A DNA stretch of 64,000 bases from Antedon mediterranea (GCF_964355755.1 NC_092672.1:5270001-5334000); one strand, 5' to 3'; positions 12,560 to 27,500 are shown, counted from the first letter of the stretch. Made by a program: numbers and translations. Notes: a model not told the origin generated them from the sequence alone.

Positions 12560-15500
12560 ATGGAAAATTTCAATGACGTGGACAGTAAAGCACTTGTACC
12601 TTACAACTCCAATGTTCAGGAGAAAAAGTTTGAAGATGAGAACCATGCCGTTAGGTACAACTTTTTAAAATATACAAACACTTATAAGTACATTTGTGGT
12701 TCAACAGGCTAAAAAGCAAAATGATATTAAATAATCTTAATTAAAGAAAAAAGACAGATAAACATGAACAAAAAAATGTGAAATGGAAAATAGTATTCAT
12801 AAATTTTCGTTTTTTTTTATTTCAGAGAGAGTAGGGAGAAGAGGAACAGCCGTGGAATGTTGGTGTTTAGTCCACAAAGTAACCACGGAACTAGTTCAGG
12901 GACTTCCATTGTAAAGTAAGCAAACTGTGTTATGCTATTTTATTTGATCATGTACCAGCGAGATGGCTCACTTTGCCGCGCAAGTCTATGAACTGTTAAA
13001 GAAAGAAACCTAAATAAAAGAATCATTGATTGAATAAAAGTTTACTTTAGGATAATAAATGTTTTTAAGTTTTAATGAGGGAAAAAAGTATTTTAAAGGA
13101 ACCAATTCAACTTGTAAGGGAAATGATTTCATTTGAAAGAACCATTCAAGTTGTGAAAATATCCCTATTCAACAAATTCAAACATTATTTGTTTTGTTAA
13201 GCTCTGTCTACACTATCAAACTTTATGTGACAACATTTGATGTGCCCATATATGGACATGATGATGTCATATCACTACTATATTTGGGCATCACACTTTT
13301 TTTTCAAACTAATTTGATAGTGTAGACAGAGCTTTACACACATTAAGTAAACTTTTATTCGATTTCCATCTTGAGTACCAGTCATAGAATAGACTCATTC
13401 AACTTGCTGTTCCATTCAACAAGCTGGAAGTCAATATTGCAACTCATGAAAATATTTTCACCATTCAATGGTTACAAAACATTAATTATCATTAACATTT
13501 CTATACAATCATGTGTGTACTACTCTATTATTAAGACATTTGCAAAACATCGATATATATACAACAGTCTAAAATTGATTGTTTTTTTACTGCCTCAGAC
13601 AATACAAATCTCTGGAATATTAATGTATAGTAGGCCTACAGTTGATTTGTAATCATCTATGTTATTAAGTTTAGAGTTATTTGACAAATATATGTATTTT
13701 TATTTTTAATCAGAAACAGTGGAGACGAGGGTAGTGCTATCAGTAAAATGTCAAAGAGAAAGTACAAACAAAATGGTAAACAAAAGTAAGTAAAGATGAT
13801 CAAGAAAGATGGATGTATGACACACAAAACTGGTATTAAATTTATAGATGCACCTCAGGCAGATCCAAGGTGTGGTGGAGGATGGGGAATTAGACCCAAT
13901 CAATTACAACTCCCCAAATTGTGTTATAATGCAAAAGATATGACAGGTCAAGATTTTGATTAAAACACATGTCACCAACTTGCAAATTGCTTTTAAGTGT
14001 AACACTGTGTAAAGCTATACATATACATTGTTCATTGAAATATGACAATTATTTTTTAAAGGTAATTTTAACTTTTCTTTAAAATTTCAGAGATAGTGGA
14101 GATGAAAGTGGCAGTCAGGGAATTTTAGCGTTTAGTCCTAAAAGTAACTATGGAACTTCTCCAGGCACTTCCATTGTAAAGTAAGAGAATTTTTGTTCAA
14201 GCTTAAAGATGTATTGTCCCTTTGACTAATTCCAAAAAAATTGTAAAAAAAGATATTGAAAAAAAGTGGGTCATTTTGAAGTATCATAATAGTTATTAAC
14301 TTTCACCAAAAATTAGTCCAAAAAAAAATCATTTAACTGAAATACAGATGTTTTTTTGTTAAAAATATAACTTGGACTTCCAGTCAAAGTTTTTGATCAA
14401 AACATATCTTATAAATGCAAATTTGCTTGTTTGGCTACTCTGTATGCATAATCATAAAACTTCCTCGCGATCTGTGTGAAAACACCTTCTCAACCGTGAT
14501 GAGTTGTAAACAATTCTAATTAGCATCATGCATAATGCATACTCGTGGTTTGAAAACTTTGTTTACTTTCGCTCGCGACGATTTTCCAGACGAAATATAA
14601 TCAATTAATTTACCTGTTAATTACGTAAACTTGTTGTTTTTGGCTCAAATTTTCGACTTAAAGTTAATAACTTTAATATTACTTTGATATGGCCAATTTA
14701 AATTTAGAATATTTTGACGTTCATTTTTGTGTGTTTCAAGGGACAATACATCTAATTCAAACTTTTAAACAAAAAAGAACTACAAATAATCTTTGCTTCT
14801 TCTAGCTGACATGTATTTGTGTTTGTATTGTGTTGTGGCACCAACTGGTATCAGGGAGAGGGTGCGTGAGTAAGATCAGAAATGGAGCAACAATAGCTGA
14901 ATATGATGATGTTATATATATATTTCTTGATTTTCAAACAGGAATGGTGGAGACGAAGTAGATAATCGTGCTAATGTTGTGTTCAGTCCAAATAGTGCTC
15001 ATGGCAACAGCAGTTCAACCAATCAGAAGTAAGTTGTGTAATACAGAGATGCAGAATTCCTAAAAAACAAATGAAAAAGACAAAGCAGTTAAATTAGCCT
15101 TTTCCAAAATAAAAAATGTTTTTTTATTCTTTTTAAAGAAATTTCTCATATTTAACAACTACTAGTTGAAATATATTTCGTTTGTGTTTTAGTGGTGTTA
15201 AGAAAGAGAACGATATTCATTGGAAAACTGACCACCCTTCTGCTCAAAGAGGTGTTGGTACGCAGATGGCATTTGTACTGGATCGACCTAGGATCGACGG
15301 CAGCCGCCTCAAGATAGAGTCAATTGGTACTGAATCATTCAAAGGCAATAAACAGGGAAAATCCTCAACAGGGAAAAAGTCTTCTGAAAAACAGAATACT
15401 ACAGATGACGATGCTAGTTCAGTAAACGCAGATGCGTCCTACCACGGCGACTGTGTTCATGACATTGTAGAATACTTTGCCACTGATGTGACCACTTTAC

Positions 15501-18500
15501 ATGCATTGCCAAACGTGTTCAAGTCGTGTACGCTACTTGCGAAAAGCTTGTGGGCTATCGTTTTTATGACGGGAGTGTTTTTGTTTTTGTTTCAAGCATC
15601 GTTCGTCATCAACAAATATCGTGATGGACCAATCCAAGTTAACGTAAGTACAGTACTAAAGCCTGTAGCCAAGATTTTTTTTTTCTTCATAAAGGGAATT
15701 CAAGCGTAAGCAAGCACTGTGGACTAAAAGGGTCCAAAACTACTGAAGAAAGTATTGTTGTAGGCCTAGCCAAGTAGATGGAATTTGCCTGCTGACTCAG
15801 CAGGATTGGCCAAATTTATTGTCATCTAATCACTCTGTTGTTGGTGAAGGCTACTTCAGAGGAAAATCACCACAGGCTTGGTATATATTTCATACTGTAA
15901 AACCACGAAAAGAATCCCATGGGCTTCTTTTTTTCTTTTTTTTGAGTGTGCTCTTTTTGTGATGGGTTTCTTTTCGAGGTTTTACAGTATTTTGTTTGAA
16001 GCTTCAAAACTTTCATCAATTCACAGCAATACAAAGATTATTCAGTTTACAATATGCATGTGTACTTTGGTTACTGTTTTATGTATATATTTTTTTCAAT
16101 ACTATCAATTTTATCTCCATTCCAGCTGGAAGTCGTAACCAAATCATCGCTTGAATTTCCAAAAGTTACAATTTGTAACACAAATAAACTACGGCGGTCT
16201 GCTGTCGCTAACTCAAAATATCGTCAAGTTTTGATTGTGGATGAACTTAAATCACTTCCTTATTATGGTAATAAAAAACTCTATACACATATCTATTTAA
16301 TACTATAGTATCTAACATCTATAAGGCCTCAATAGGAATCTTAAACACTGCATCAAAAAATACATTTTTTTGACCAGCATATTATTAATACAGTAAGCCT
16401 ACAACATATTATAAAAATGAAAAATAGTGGGCAGGAATAGCTAATCGCTGTAACTCAACCAGCTACCACTCACATTAAAGTATATTGTTGATTTAGAAAA
16501 TGTTTTCTTTTATATATGTACAGCACCGTGTATAGAGGATGACTTCCAATGTGTCAATGAATTGATTTGTGTCAAACCGTATCTAATCTGCGATGGCGTT
16601 AACCAGTGTCGCGACTTCAGTGATGAATATGACTGCACTTACCGTAAGTCTAAATTTAATTAAGTTAGATTAAGTAATAATTAAATAACTGTTGTATACA
16701 CTTAACTGGTTTAACATACGATTGCCGTGTTCCATATTTTATCTGGCATTGTTGCACTGTATGACTTATATATACTAGATGGTACGCTCGCTTCCCTCGT
16801 GTACCATCTAGGTCGTGCCCACAGATGGTTCTCGAATACACAGTAATTTCAGCGTAAAAAAATGCTTTTTTTAATGTACGTACTGCAGGACGATAATAGT
16901 TATTATTGTTTACAGAAACAAATAAATAGACACGATGATTTATGTATTAAACTGAAATTAGCACACTGGGAATTACTTCCGAAAGAGAAACTTGTCACAA
17001 AATGAGTCCAAATTTGTTATTTGGACTCATTTAAACAAACCCAATTTGTGTTTTGTGTGTAACATTATTTTTTAGGGATGGGGAAGAGGATATGGGTACA
17101 AAGAAGAACAATGTTTTAATATATTATTTATCTACTCAGTAACGAAATATGTTTTTCACTTTGATAGGCCTATAAATAATATACCACTTGATACAGTAAC
17201 ACATTTGCGATTTAATACTTTGTTAAAACTGTCACTGTTATAGTCCATTGAAATAGCATGTACATGTAACGATACACGTACCACTACAACGTTTATGTTC
17301 TTTGTAATTATTAATTACAAACGTTGAGAAGCAACTGTCAGTAGTACAGTTTATTTGTATATTGTACGTTTTATATAACAGTAGGGCCTACTCACAGGCC
17401 TATAAATAATATACCACTTGATACAGTAACACATTTGCGACTTAATACTTTGTTAAAACTGTCACTGTCATAGTCGATTGAAATAGCATAGTACATGTAA
17501 CGATACACGTACCACTACAACGTTTATATTCTTTGTAATTATTAATTAATACAAACGTTGAGAAGCAACTGTCAGTACTACAGTTTATTTGTATATTGTA
17601 CGTTCTATATAACAGTAGGGCCTACACTCACAGTAATACGTTTATTTGTACATGATTGTGTTATACATCTAACAGTACCCACACTCACAGTAAATTCAAT
17701 GGCGACCACAAATGTTAATACTTATTTACAGTAATGTCCAAGTATTGCAATACTTATCTATATATAGGTTTTAGGTTAATTCCCCAAGGGCCAATAAATT
17801 TACCTACAGCTGGTGGTACTTGTGTTAAAGCAAAGAGTTATTATTGGAATGTTCCATTCTTCAGAAATCAATACATTTGTATAAATGTATATTAAATCTA
17901 TCAAAATAGTATTTTTTTAAGAAAATAGGTCTGTCTTCAACATTATGATGCTGTACTCGAGCTGTTCAACCGGTTTTCATCCATTAAAAACAATTATCGT
18001 AGGAGGAGATAGGAAAATGCGAAGCATAGGAGGAGATAGGAAAATGCGAAGCATAGGAGGAGATAGGAAAATGCGAAGCATCCTCGTATTATTGTATGCG
18101 GGTATTTTTCAAGATAGACATGCATTGGACAGTGTATACCACGATCGCAAAACACCCCTATTTGGGGCAAATCGTTGAACCTAACTTCGTTTTAATCGTC
18201 AATAACTAATTATCGAACTCCATTTAATTAGTAAACAGGGTTACATCAGGTGGTTAAAATCAGTATCGAAAGTACGAACCAACTTTATATATCATCGAGT
18301 AAACATTCTAGAAGTAAGGCGCGATTTACCGAATTTTGCCCTTACGTAAATTTATATATAGATATATATAATGACTGGGAATAAACTTGAAAAAAAAAGG
18401 CACCAAAGAGAAAAAAGAATGATTGGATATAAACTTGTGATATTCGTTTTTCAGCATCATGTAAAGAAGGATTTTTCCGATGCAGTAACGGGAGTAATGA

Positions 18501-21500
18501 TGGCGTATGTATCGCATCAAGCAGGGAATGTGACAGAGTGGTAGACTGTTATGATGGGGCTGATGAAAATGAATGTGGTAAGTTGTCTTTTGTAGTGAAG
18601 CTGTAGTTTGGTGGTTAAACGTGCTTGCTTTCTAATCCAAGGGTTCAATCCAGTGGAACTGTTTTCAATCCACTCGATAAGCTTCAAATGAGTATATAGT
18701 TTATCAATCCTTTAATTTGCAAGTTAACTCACTGCTGTGCAAGGCTGTAACAAGAGCTTAACAAGAGACGAGGCAAAGATGCTTTTATTAAAATAAAATA
18801 TGATGATCTCTGCTGGGAATTAGGGCGAGTAGTGAAAATTACGGCCCTGATGTATATGAAGTAAAGTGTATATTTGCCAGAATAGCATCAGAAGAACCAC
18901 TCTGAATACTGTTATAAACTATTGTAAACCCAGGATAAAAACTATTTAAAGATTTGTATCAGCGGCCAGAAATTTTATTCATTTTCAAAATGAAATCATT
19001 TGTTCATGTTTGGTTAAATTTTCAAATAAACCCTTTTGTTTCTCTAAAATAAAGAAATTACGCAATAAGTGTATGGACTTAATTCATGAAATCTAAATCA
19101 AATACCGTAGATTACTGTAGTTAAAGTATCAATAGTCCATAGTCTCATCAAATTATTGATGTTTTATTGATTATAGTATGTAAAGGAACTGAATATAAAT
19201 GTGTATCAAGAGGAGGTTGTATTGATAAATCAAAGGTCTGTAACGGTATTGATGACTGTGCGGATAAAAGTGATGAAAAAGACTGTGGTAAGCATTCTAT
19301 GTATTGTACTACCATTATTATTATTTATACTGAGCGACCTCATCAGTCAAAGACTGGTCTCCGAGAGGGCCCAGTTATGACCAGTGGCTGTGTAATAATA
19401 ATAATAATAATAATAATAAGATTTATAGAGCGCACATATCCACAAAGTGCTCAAGGCGCTTGTGAAAACCATGAGAAATGCAAATGTATGTGCTTAGTAC
19501 ACCGGGGTAACCCCCTACTCGTCTCGAATAATGTACTAGTGCACATGAGCTAGATGTGTACACTGGACCTACAGTTTGTAGTCCTTATCTGAGAAGACTC
19601 ATCCTACCACCAGAACCATGCAGCGAGTGAGCCTCAAACCCTTGCTGATGTTATGGCTACATAATTACGGTTCCAATGTCTTAACCGCTCGGCCACTCAC
19701 TATTATAAACAAAATATGTATAAATTAATTAAGTTCTTTTACTTCTTTTTGCAAACCCAGAAACAGTTCTTAATTTAATGTAATTTTTGGTAACCTCTAA
19801 TTCTAAATTAGCCTGGGATAACCAATAAATTTAGTTATGTCTGTTCCCAACATGCTATGACAATCCATTGAAAAGATAGGTATTTGATATACTATTCATG
19901 GTTTAATTTACATAAGTATTTAATCGGTAATTATAGATGTAGGTGATGATAGCACTGAATGCGGTGATGATGCATTTCAATGCTGGGATGTTGACGAATG
20001 CATTAACCGTCAATTCCTTTGCGACGGTTATTACGACTGTAAAGATGGATCGGACGAGGATCCCACTGAGGTCTGTTTTGTTCCCTCAACGGTTGCACCT
20101 ACGCCAACGTGTAAGTAAAGCTTTGTCTACACTATCAAACTTTATGTGTCAAAAAAATGTGATGTGCCCATATATGGACATGATGATGTCATATCACTAC
20201 CATATTTAAGCATAGCACTACCATATATAGGCACATCAAACTTTTTTGACACATAAAGTTTGATAGTGTAGACAAGGCTTTAGGTTTGCTTTTCGTTCTT
20301 GGTCTCTCTTAGCTATCCCCATCAAGCCCATAGTCATTGAGTCATGTTACACATGAAAGACGTCTGATTGGTCAAAAGAATCAACATTGAATATGTGTTG
20401 ATTTTTTGGTTTCTATTCTCTCTACTACTTATTAAAGCAGTAGTGCTTGTATGATCAAGGTAATTTAACAGGACACTGAGCTCGCCTTGCCAAGATAGGA
20501 ACTCGTAACATTCCTTTGATCTTATGTCTGGTTGCGACAAATACCAACAGTACTGTACTATGTACATATTCTCCACGGTGTGCGGTGTCTGTTTAGTCTA
20601 TTTCGTGAGATCCCTACCTGTATAGACTCTACATATGCCATTATTCCCAATATGGACACCCCTCGAAAGGAAAATGGAATTGTCCAGGCGCCGTAGCCAC
20701 CACTGTTGGTTTGTGTATTTGTGTGGATACTGTTCTATATTGTTTAGTCTTAACTTTGTACCCTTTTAACATTCTCAAATGCCAGTGTACCCACTTGTCT
20801 GTTCGGCTGATGAGTTACAGTGTGATGGTCTCAATTGCATCCCGTCCTACTGGGTATGTGACGATGTAGCAGATTGTCTAGACGGAAAAGATGAACAGAA
20901 TTGCCATGATACACTAAATGAAGTAACTGAAGCTTCAGCAGTTATCGGTAAGATTTTAATACACGTCTTTATTAAGCAGTAAAATATGGGCACACTTATA
21001 TGATTGGATAGGAGTTACTAAAAATAATATGTAGAAGCACTAAGTCTTTCTTAACAGTAATACTTGTTATGTTATTTTCAGTAAAGTATAGGAATATTTC
21101 TTAACGGTAAGACTCTGGGAGGAAAGACTCTGGGAGGAAAAGGAGCTTATGTTATTTTCAGTATAGGAACATTTTCTTAACAATAAGATTCAGAAATGGA
21201 TAAGATTTTTTATTTTATGTCTTTAGACGCATGTGGCCATGGATTACCAATAGTAAATTAATCACTGTCCTATCAAATAGGTGGTAATCCCCCTGATACA
21301 GGGGCTATTTTGTGAACCAGTTCACCGGGATAACCCTCTACTTGTCTTGAATGATAAACTGGGTTTTTGTGCACAAGTGGGTTTATATAGTAATTGTGTA
21401 CACTGGACCTATGGCTTATTGTCCTTATCTGGAGTGGAGTTGTGGCTTGGTGGTTATGATGCTTCGCTACCACTCTAAGGGTCCTGGGTTCAAGTTCCGT

Positions 21501-24500
21501 CACATGTCAGGATTTTTTCTAAGGACAAAATTACAACGCCTCTCCAAAGACTTGTAATAAGACTTTGTTTTTATGTAGAGCATCTTGTGTATATGTTTGT
21601 CTTGGGAAACTCTCTCTGAGGGTCCCTAATGATCAGCAATTGCTGGATGGATCACCCTCATTGAATATGGTCAAAACAAACAAAACAAATCTGAGAAGAC
21701 TTGTTCCACTACCAGAACTAGGAGCAAGTCAGCCTCGAACCAATGCCGATTTTTTTACTCTTTAGGTACTGTAAATGTTTTAACCGCTCGGCCATTTGAC
21801 TCACTCATAATATGCAATATTTCCTTCAAAACATTTATAATGTATTGTATTATGGTATTTATTACAGATGATGGCTGTTCAACAACTGAATTTGAGTGCG
21901 ATTATGGTTACTGTATCCCAATCTCCTGGGTGTGTGATGGTCAAATAGACTGTCAAGATTACACAGATGAGACTGGCTGCAACCCAACAACCGTGTCACC
22001 AACAACAACTCCTGTAAATATTCTTCCAGTTAGTGGTTCAGGCTCAGGACCTATTGTTACCAATCAGCTGCCGGTGATAACACCGCGCATGACCACATTA
22101 CCCATCACTACAAATGCTCCTACAACTGCTCGACTATTAACGACACTAGGGTTAGAAAACTGTAAGTTTTCGATATAAATCTCTATACAATATAATTATA
22201 TTTTAGTTTTAGTATTCAATATATTAAGATATTAAGCTTTAGAACCTAACAAATTGTCCTCGTTCTGTATGGAACTATCGCCCGTATTCGAACTTCGAAC
22301 TACGACTAAAGTCCGGTTTAAGAATACGGGCGTATGTGTTGACATCATCTAAAGGCAATATGTTTACAATGCCATTCCATACCATACAAACATTGTTGGC
22401 ATATTTATGTGCAAATAAGCTACTAGCATGACGAATATTAAAACACTAGTTGTAAAGTTTGCGCTACACCCTGTATTTCCAAAAGAAAATAACGTATGGT
22501 TTAGAGTGTCTCGATGTTTCAGTTCTTGAACTACAACCATCTCCTTATGAATTATTTTTCAGTTCGCGTTTTCGATGGCACACTGGCTGTCAACAAAATA
22601 AACAATGAAGATATTTCATACTCAACAGCATTGTCTATCCCTGGAAATATTGCGTATGTACAGTACGAGTTACTTTTCAATAATTTGGTAAGATCATATT
22701 TCATTGTAATATGGACCTATAAATCTAATTTATAGATCCTTGGTAATACTTAGCATTGTAATTAACACCTTTACATAAACTCTTTAAGTTCCCAGTGATA
22801 TACTGAAAATTAATCAATTAATTATAAACAATGAAAATGGGAATAAGAAAAAAATAGATCCAAATCCGTAATTTTCTGCTTGATATGCAGAGAAATCCTA
22901 CCACTGGGACTTCTATTGAATGGTCCTATTGGATTGGATAGCAACTCGAATGTCCTTGTAATGGTACAGTTGAATAACACTAGTTCTCAATTGTACTCAC
23001 ATGCAACAAAGATCAAATTGATATACCCTCATCTTTGTAATATTGATTCACAAAGAAGAGTTACAGGTAGTAGAGATAATTTGGTAATACATTTTTGTTG
23101 TATGTGGGAATTGTGTATAAAGGCAGAATGTTCAGTTTCGCCCTAAGATAAGCAGTACTTGCACTGCAAAGAAAACAAGTTTGAGATACTGTAAAATGGA
23201 AGTTTCCAATCACAAATTTCTTTTTTTTCTAGTTGCAAGCTGAGTATTCACAATTATCACCTACAACTGTTATGGTCAATGGTTTCAGCCCTGGAAGCAT
23301 TATCGTTCATTACACTCTATTGTTTGATCAATCTTCACATCTGACCGTCTATGAATTGGCTGATGTATTTTCGTTTGCGCCCTCAGAAACGACAGCTACA
23401 ATCACCAACGACGGTAGGACATTTGAATATAGACAGTCATCAACAAATATTTATTGTAAGTATTTTTTTGTATTCTCATTTAAATTGCACAAAATAAACA
23501 ATGTTTGGTTTTGAGAACCACAATTCTGGCATTTTTTAAGTTGATGCAAGACTGGTACGAAGTATGCAGATAATATAAATTTACTTTACCTATATCCTGT
23601 AGTGGCACTGTGGCTTTGTAGTTAACATGCTTGCTTATCAATCCTTGGTTCTTTGGTTCACATCCTGAGCATCCTTTAAGTCTCATTTAAGAATTGGTCT
23701 ACAAATAATGGGTCTTCTATTGTGTAATTTGTGAGTCATGCGCTTGCTCTTGATTTGTTTAAACATTTTTTTAGTCATTTGTGTGTATATTTTCCCATAA
23801 TGTATTTTTAAATGGATGAACAAATGTAAGATGTGATACAATGATTTTTAAAAGTAATGTTCTCTAGTAAATTTTATTTTTCAGCTCGATGCCAAAATGG
23901 TGATTTCTCCTGTGATGGCGAGTACAATGGAGGTACCTGTTTGCCTTTTGATTTTAGGTGTGATGGTGTATGTGACTGTAGGGATAGGTCTGATGAGCTT
24001 GACTGTGATAATGCTGTTGATTGCCCCATTTGGGTTCCAACAACACTACCTCCAACAGAAGCAGTTTACACAGGACCAACAATAGTAGCACAAACAACTA
24101 ATTTACCAACAACTGTTGCACCAACAACAGTTATACCAACGACTGAGTCACTAACGACAGAGTTACCAACAACCATGGTACCAACAACAGTTATACCAAC
24201 GACCATGGTACCAACAACAGAGATACCAACAACCATAGTACCAACTACAGAAAAACCAACAACAGAAAAACCAACAAGCATTGTACCAACTACAGAAAAA
24301 CCAACAACAGAAAAACCAACAACCATTGTACCAACTACAGAATTTGAAACTACCGAGGTACAAACTATGAAAATACCAACAACTATGAAACTAATGACAG
24401 AAATAACAACTACCGAGTTACTAACTACAGAATTGACGACTACCGAGCTACCAACTACAGAGAAACCAACAACTACAGTACCAACTACAGAATTGCCAAC

Positions 24501-27500
24501 TACTGAGCGGCCAACTACAGAAACACCAACAACCCTCAATCCAACTACCATGGTCCTAACTACAGAATTGCCAACAACTGTCATGCCAACCACAGAATTG
24601 CCAACGATCATAGCACCAACAACTGTTCAACCAACAACTGAAAGAATACCTACAACCATGGTACAGACTACAGAGAAAATATCCACCATAGAACAAACAA
24701 CGAACCAACCTACCATAGAAACAACAAACATAGAACTGATCAGTACATGGCCCGCTGACAGAGAGTCATTTTTTACACCTCCAGTATCACAAACTACAGG
24801 TAGGCCTACTGTAGTCTATTATGTATAGATTGTATGGATTTCTGAAAGACCATTAAGCTTTGTGTACACTATCAAACTAGTTTGACAAAAAAATGTGATG
24901 TGACCAAATATCGTGGCGATATGCCCAAATATCGTGGTGATATGATGTCATCATGTCCATATAAGGGCACATCACATTTTTTGTCAAATAATTGTTTGAT
25001 AGTGTAGACAGGGCTTTAGGGTAGATGAAGTTGTTGTGCACAATTTAGTCCTGTAAGCTGCAAGTGACAAGTTATTCTCAATGTATTAGAATAGTATAGT
25101 AATGTTCCTACAGAGTAAAATTGTTCAATATTATCTAAATTTTAGGTTTTTCTGCAGAGAGCAGACAGGTTGATAGAACTTATTCAGGTTCCTTTACTGC
25201 TACCGAACTAGATGGTGAACCTCTTCAGTATGACCCTGCTTTGAACGACACAACATCTGAAACATTCCGACAAACCCGAGGACTCTTTACAACAATGGTA
25301 GGAGGAGACTTTATTTTGCATTATGCCTGCTACTATAAAACATAGTTTGATTATTGTGCGAAATAACATGTTTTTTTCTTAATAGTTACTACAATAAAAT
25401 TTGCTAAATACTTTACTTTACTAATTATTGGTTTCAGGATAACAAAACAAAAGTAAAACATACACTGCTGCATAATTTAGAATATAATGTTTTCTTGTGT
25501 GTTTATATAAAGGACATTTCAGAATAAAATGAAAGGTGTCCTCTAAAAAATTACATTTAGGTTTTGTGTGAGGTACTCACCAATGTATTAATGCAATGAC
25601 AATACAGTTATTACAAATTTACACATATGACAGCTGCATCAAAGAACATAGCATTTAAGTTTGAGTGTCCATTCTGATAGAGTGGTTCTAAATTATATTT
25701 GTTGTGAGAAGCAGTGGCCGTATTCACCAATCACAAGTGAGATTACCCTTAAATATTAAGTATTTCACTTAACTCAATAGATATTTAAGTATTTCACTTA
25801 ACTCAATAGATATTTAAGTATTTCACTTAACTCAATAGATATTTAAGTATTTCACTTAACTCAATAGATATTTAAGTATTTCACTTAACTCAATAGATAT
25901 TTAAGTATTTCACTTAACTCAATAGATATTTAAGTATTTCACTTAAATCAATAGATATTTAAGTATTTCACTTAACTCAATAGATATTTAAGTATTTCAC
26001 TTAACTCAATAGATATTTAAGTATTTCACTTAACTCAATAGATATTTAAGTATTTCACTTAAATCAATAGATATTTAAGTATTTCACTTAACTCAATAGA
26101 TATTTAAGTATTTCACTTAACTCAATAGATATTTAAGTATTTCACTTAACTCAATAGATATTTAAGTATTTCACTTAACTCAATAGATATTTAAGTATTT
26201 CACTTAACTCAATAGATATTTAAGTATTTCACTTAACTCAATAGATATTTAAGTATTTCACTTAACTCAATAGATATTTAAGTATTTCACTTAACTCAAT
26301 AGATATTTAAGTATTTCACTTAACTCAATAGATATTTAAGTATTTCACTTAACTCAATAGATATTTAAGTATTTAACTTAACTCAATAGATATTTAAGTA
26401 TTTCACTTAACTCAATAGATATTTAAGTATTTCACTTAACTCAATAGATATTTAAATATTTCACTTAACTCAATAGATATTTAAGTATTTCACTTAACTC
26501 AATAGATATTTAAGTATTTCACTTAACTCAATAGATATTTAAGTATTTCACTTAACTCAATAGATATTTAAGTATTTCACTTAACTCAATAGATATTTAA
26601 GTATTTCCCTTAAATTGTATTCACTTAGATAGGTGATTTTTTAATTTTAAGGGTTAGTTTTTTCCTAGCCTAATGGTGAATACGGTCACTGTTCTTTATA
26701 TCATGCCTTCATAGGATTTCCGGCCAGAAATTGAATATCTGGAATGTACATAGGAAATTCTACATACCCTGTCAGGTACATCACTACAAGTAAACTTTTA
26801 TTTTCAGTTGGAAGGTGTGTTTAACACTACACCAGGTTTTGTGAATGTAACAGTTGATGGCTTTAGCTCTGGAAGTTTGATTGTTAATTTTCATGTTTTG
26901 GTCAAAACTGATGATACAACAGTGGCAGGTGATCAGTTGACAAATGCCTTCACAGAAAACACTGAAGATGGCTTATTTCAAAACAACGATTTTGTTATAT
27001 TATTCAATCCGGAAAGCGTATCTGTAGAAGGTAATATATATTATCTCTTAGTGTACATGACTTCTGTAATCCGATAGGTCAATAATGAGATATAATTCCG
27101 TATTACGCCCATTTACTCAGTAAAGCGGATCAGAAGGGTAATATATCCTGTAATACCTGTTTGATGTTTCTATGCGCGCGTTGTTTATGTATTGTATTGT
27201 ATTTTTATCGTTGAGCGCATTCGTACTTGTGATTTCAACCATCGAATATGGCCTCATTGAATATGTAACCAAAACGCAGATATTTCCCGTGAACAAGCAG
27301 GGTGTAACTAATAATATTCAATTTATTTTGGGATTTCTGGTCCATTGAAAAAAAAAAGGAAAAAGTGTTATATGAACAAAACATTCATAATGTTTATGTA
27401 AAAACCTAAAAGATCTCTTCTTTTCCCATTTCACTATAGTAATTTCTGTACTGTTTTCAGCACTTCTTAAAAATATATTTGGCCTATTTAATTTTGTATT

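Noticed and set aside
17945-18178. ORF with GGDRKMRSI x3, and ORF 6607-6867
   Set aside because: Inside non-autonomous Helitron copies, with no Rep/helicase motifs.
24066-24611. Val/Gly-rich antisense ORF
   Set aside because: Reverse complement of the PTT mucin repeats.
25752-26610. CRISPR-like array (29-bp repeat)
   Set aside because: Units are contiguous with no unique spacers, no cas genes, and a eukaryotic intron context.
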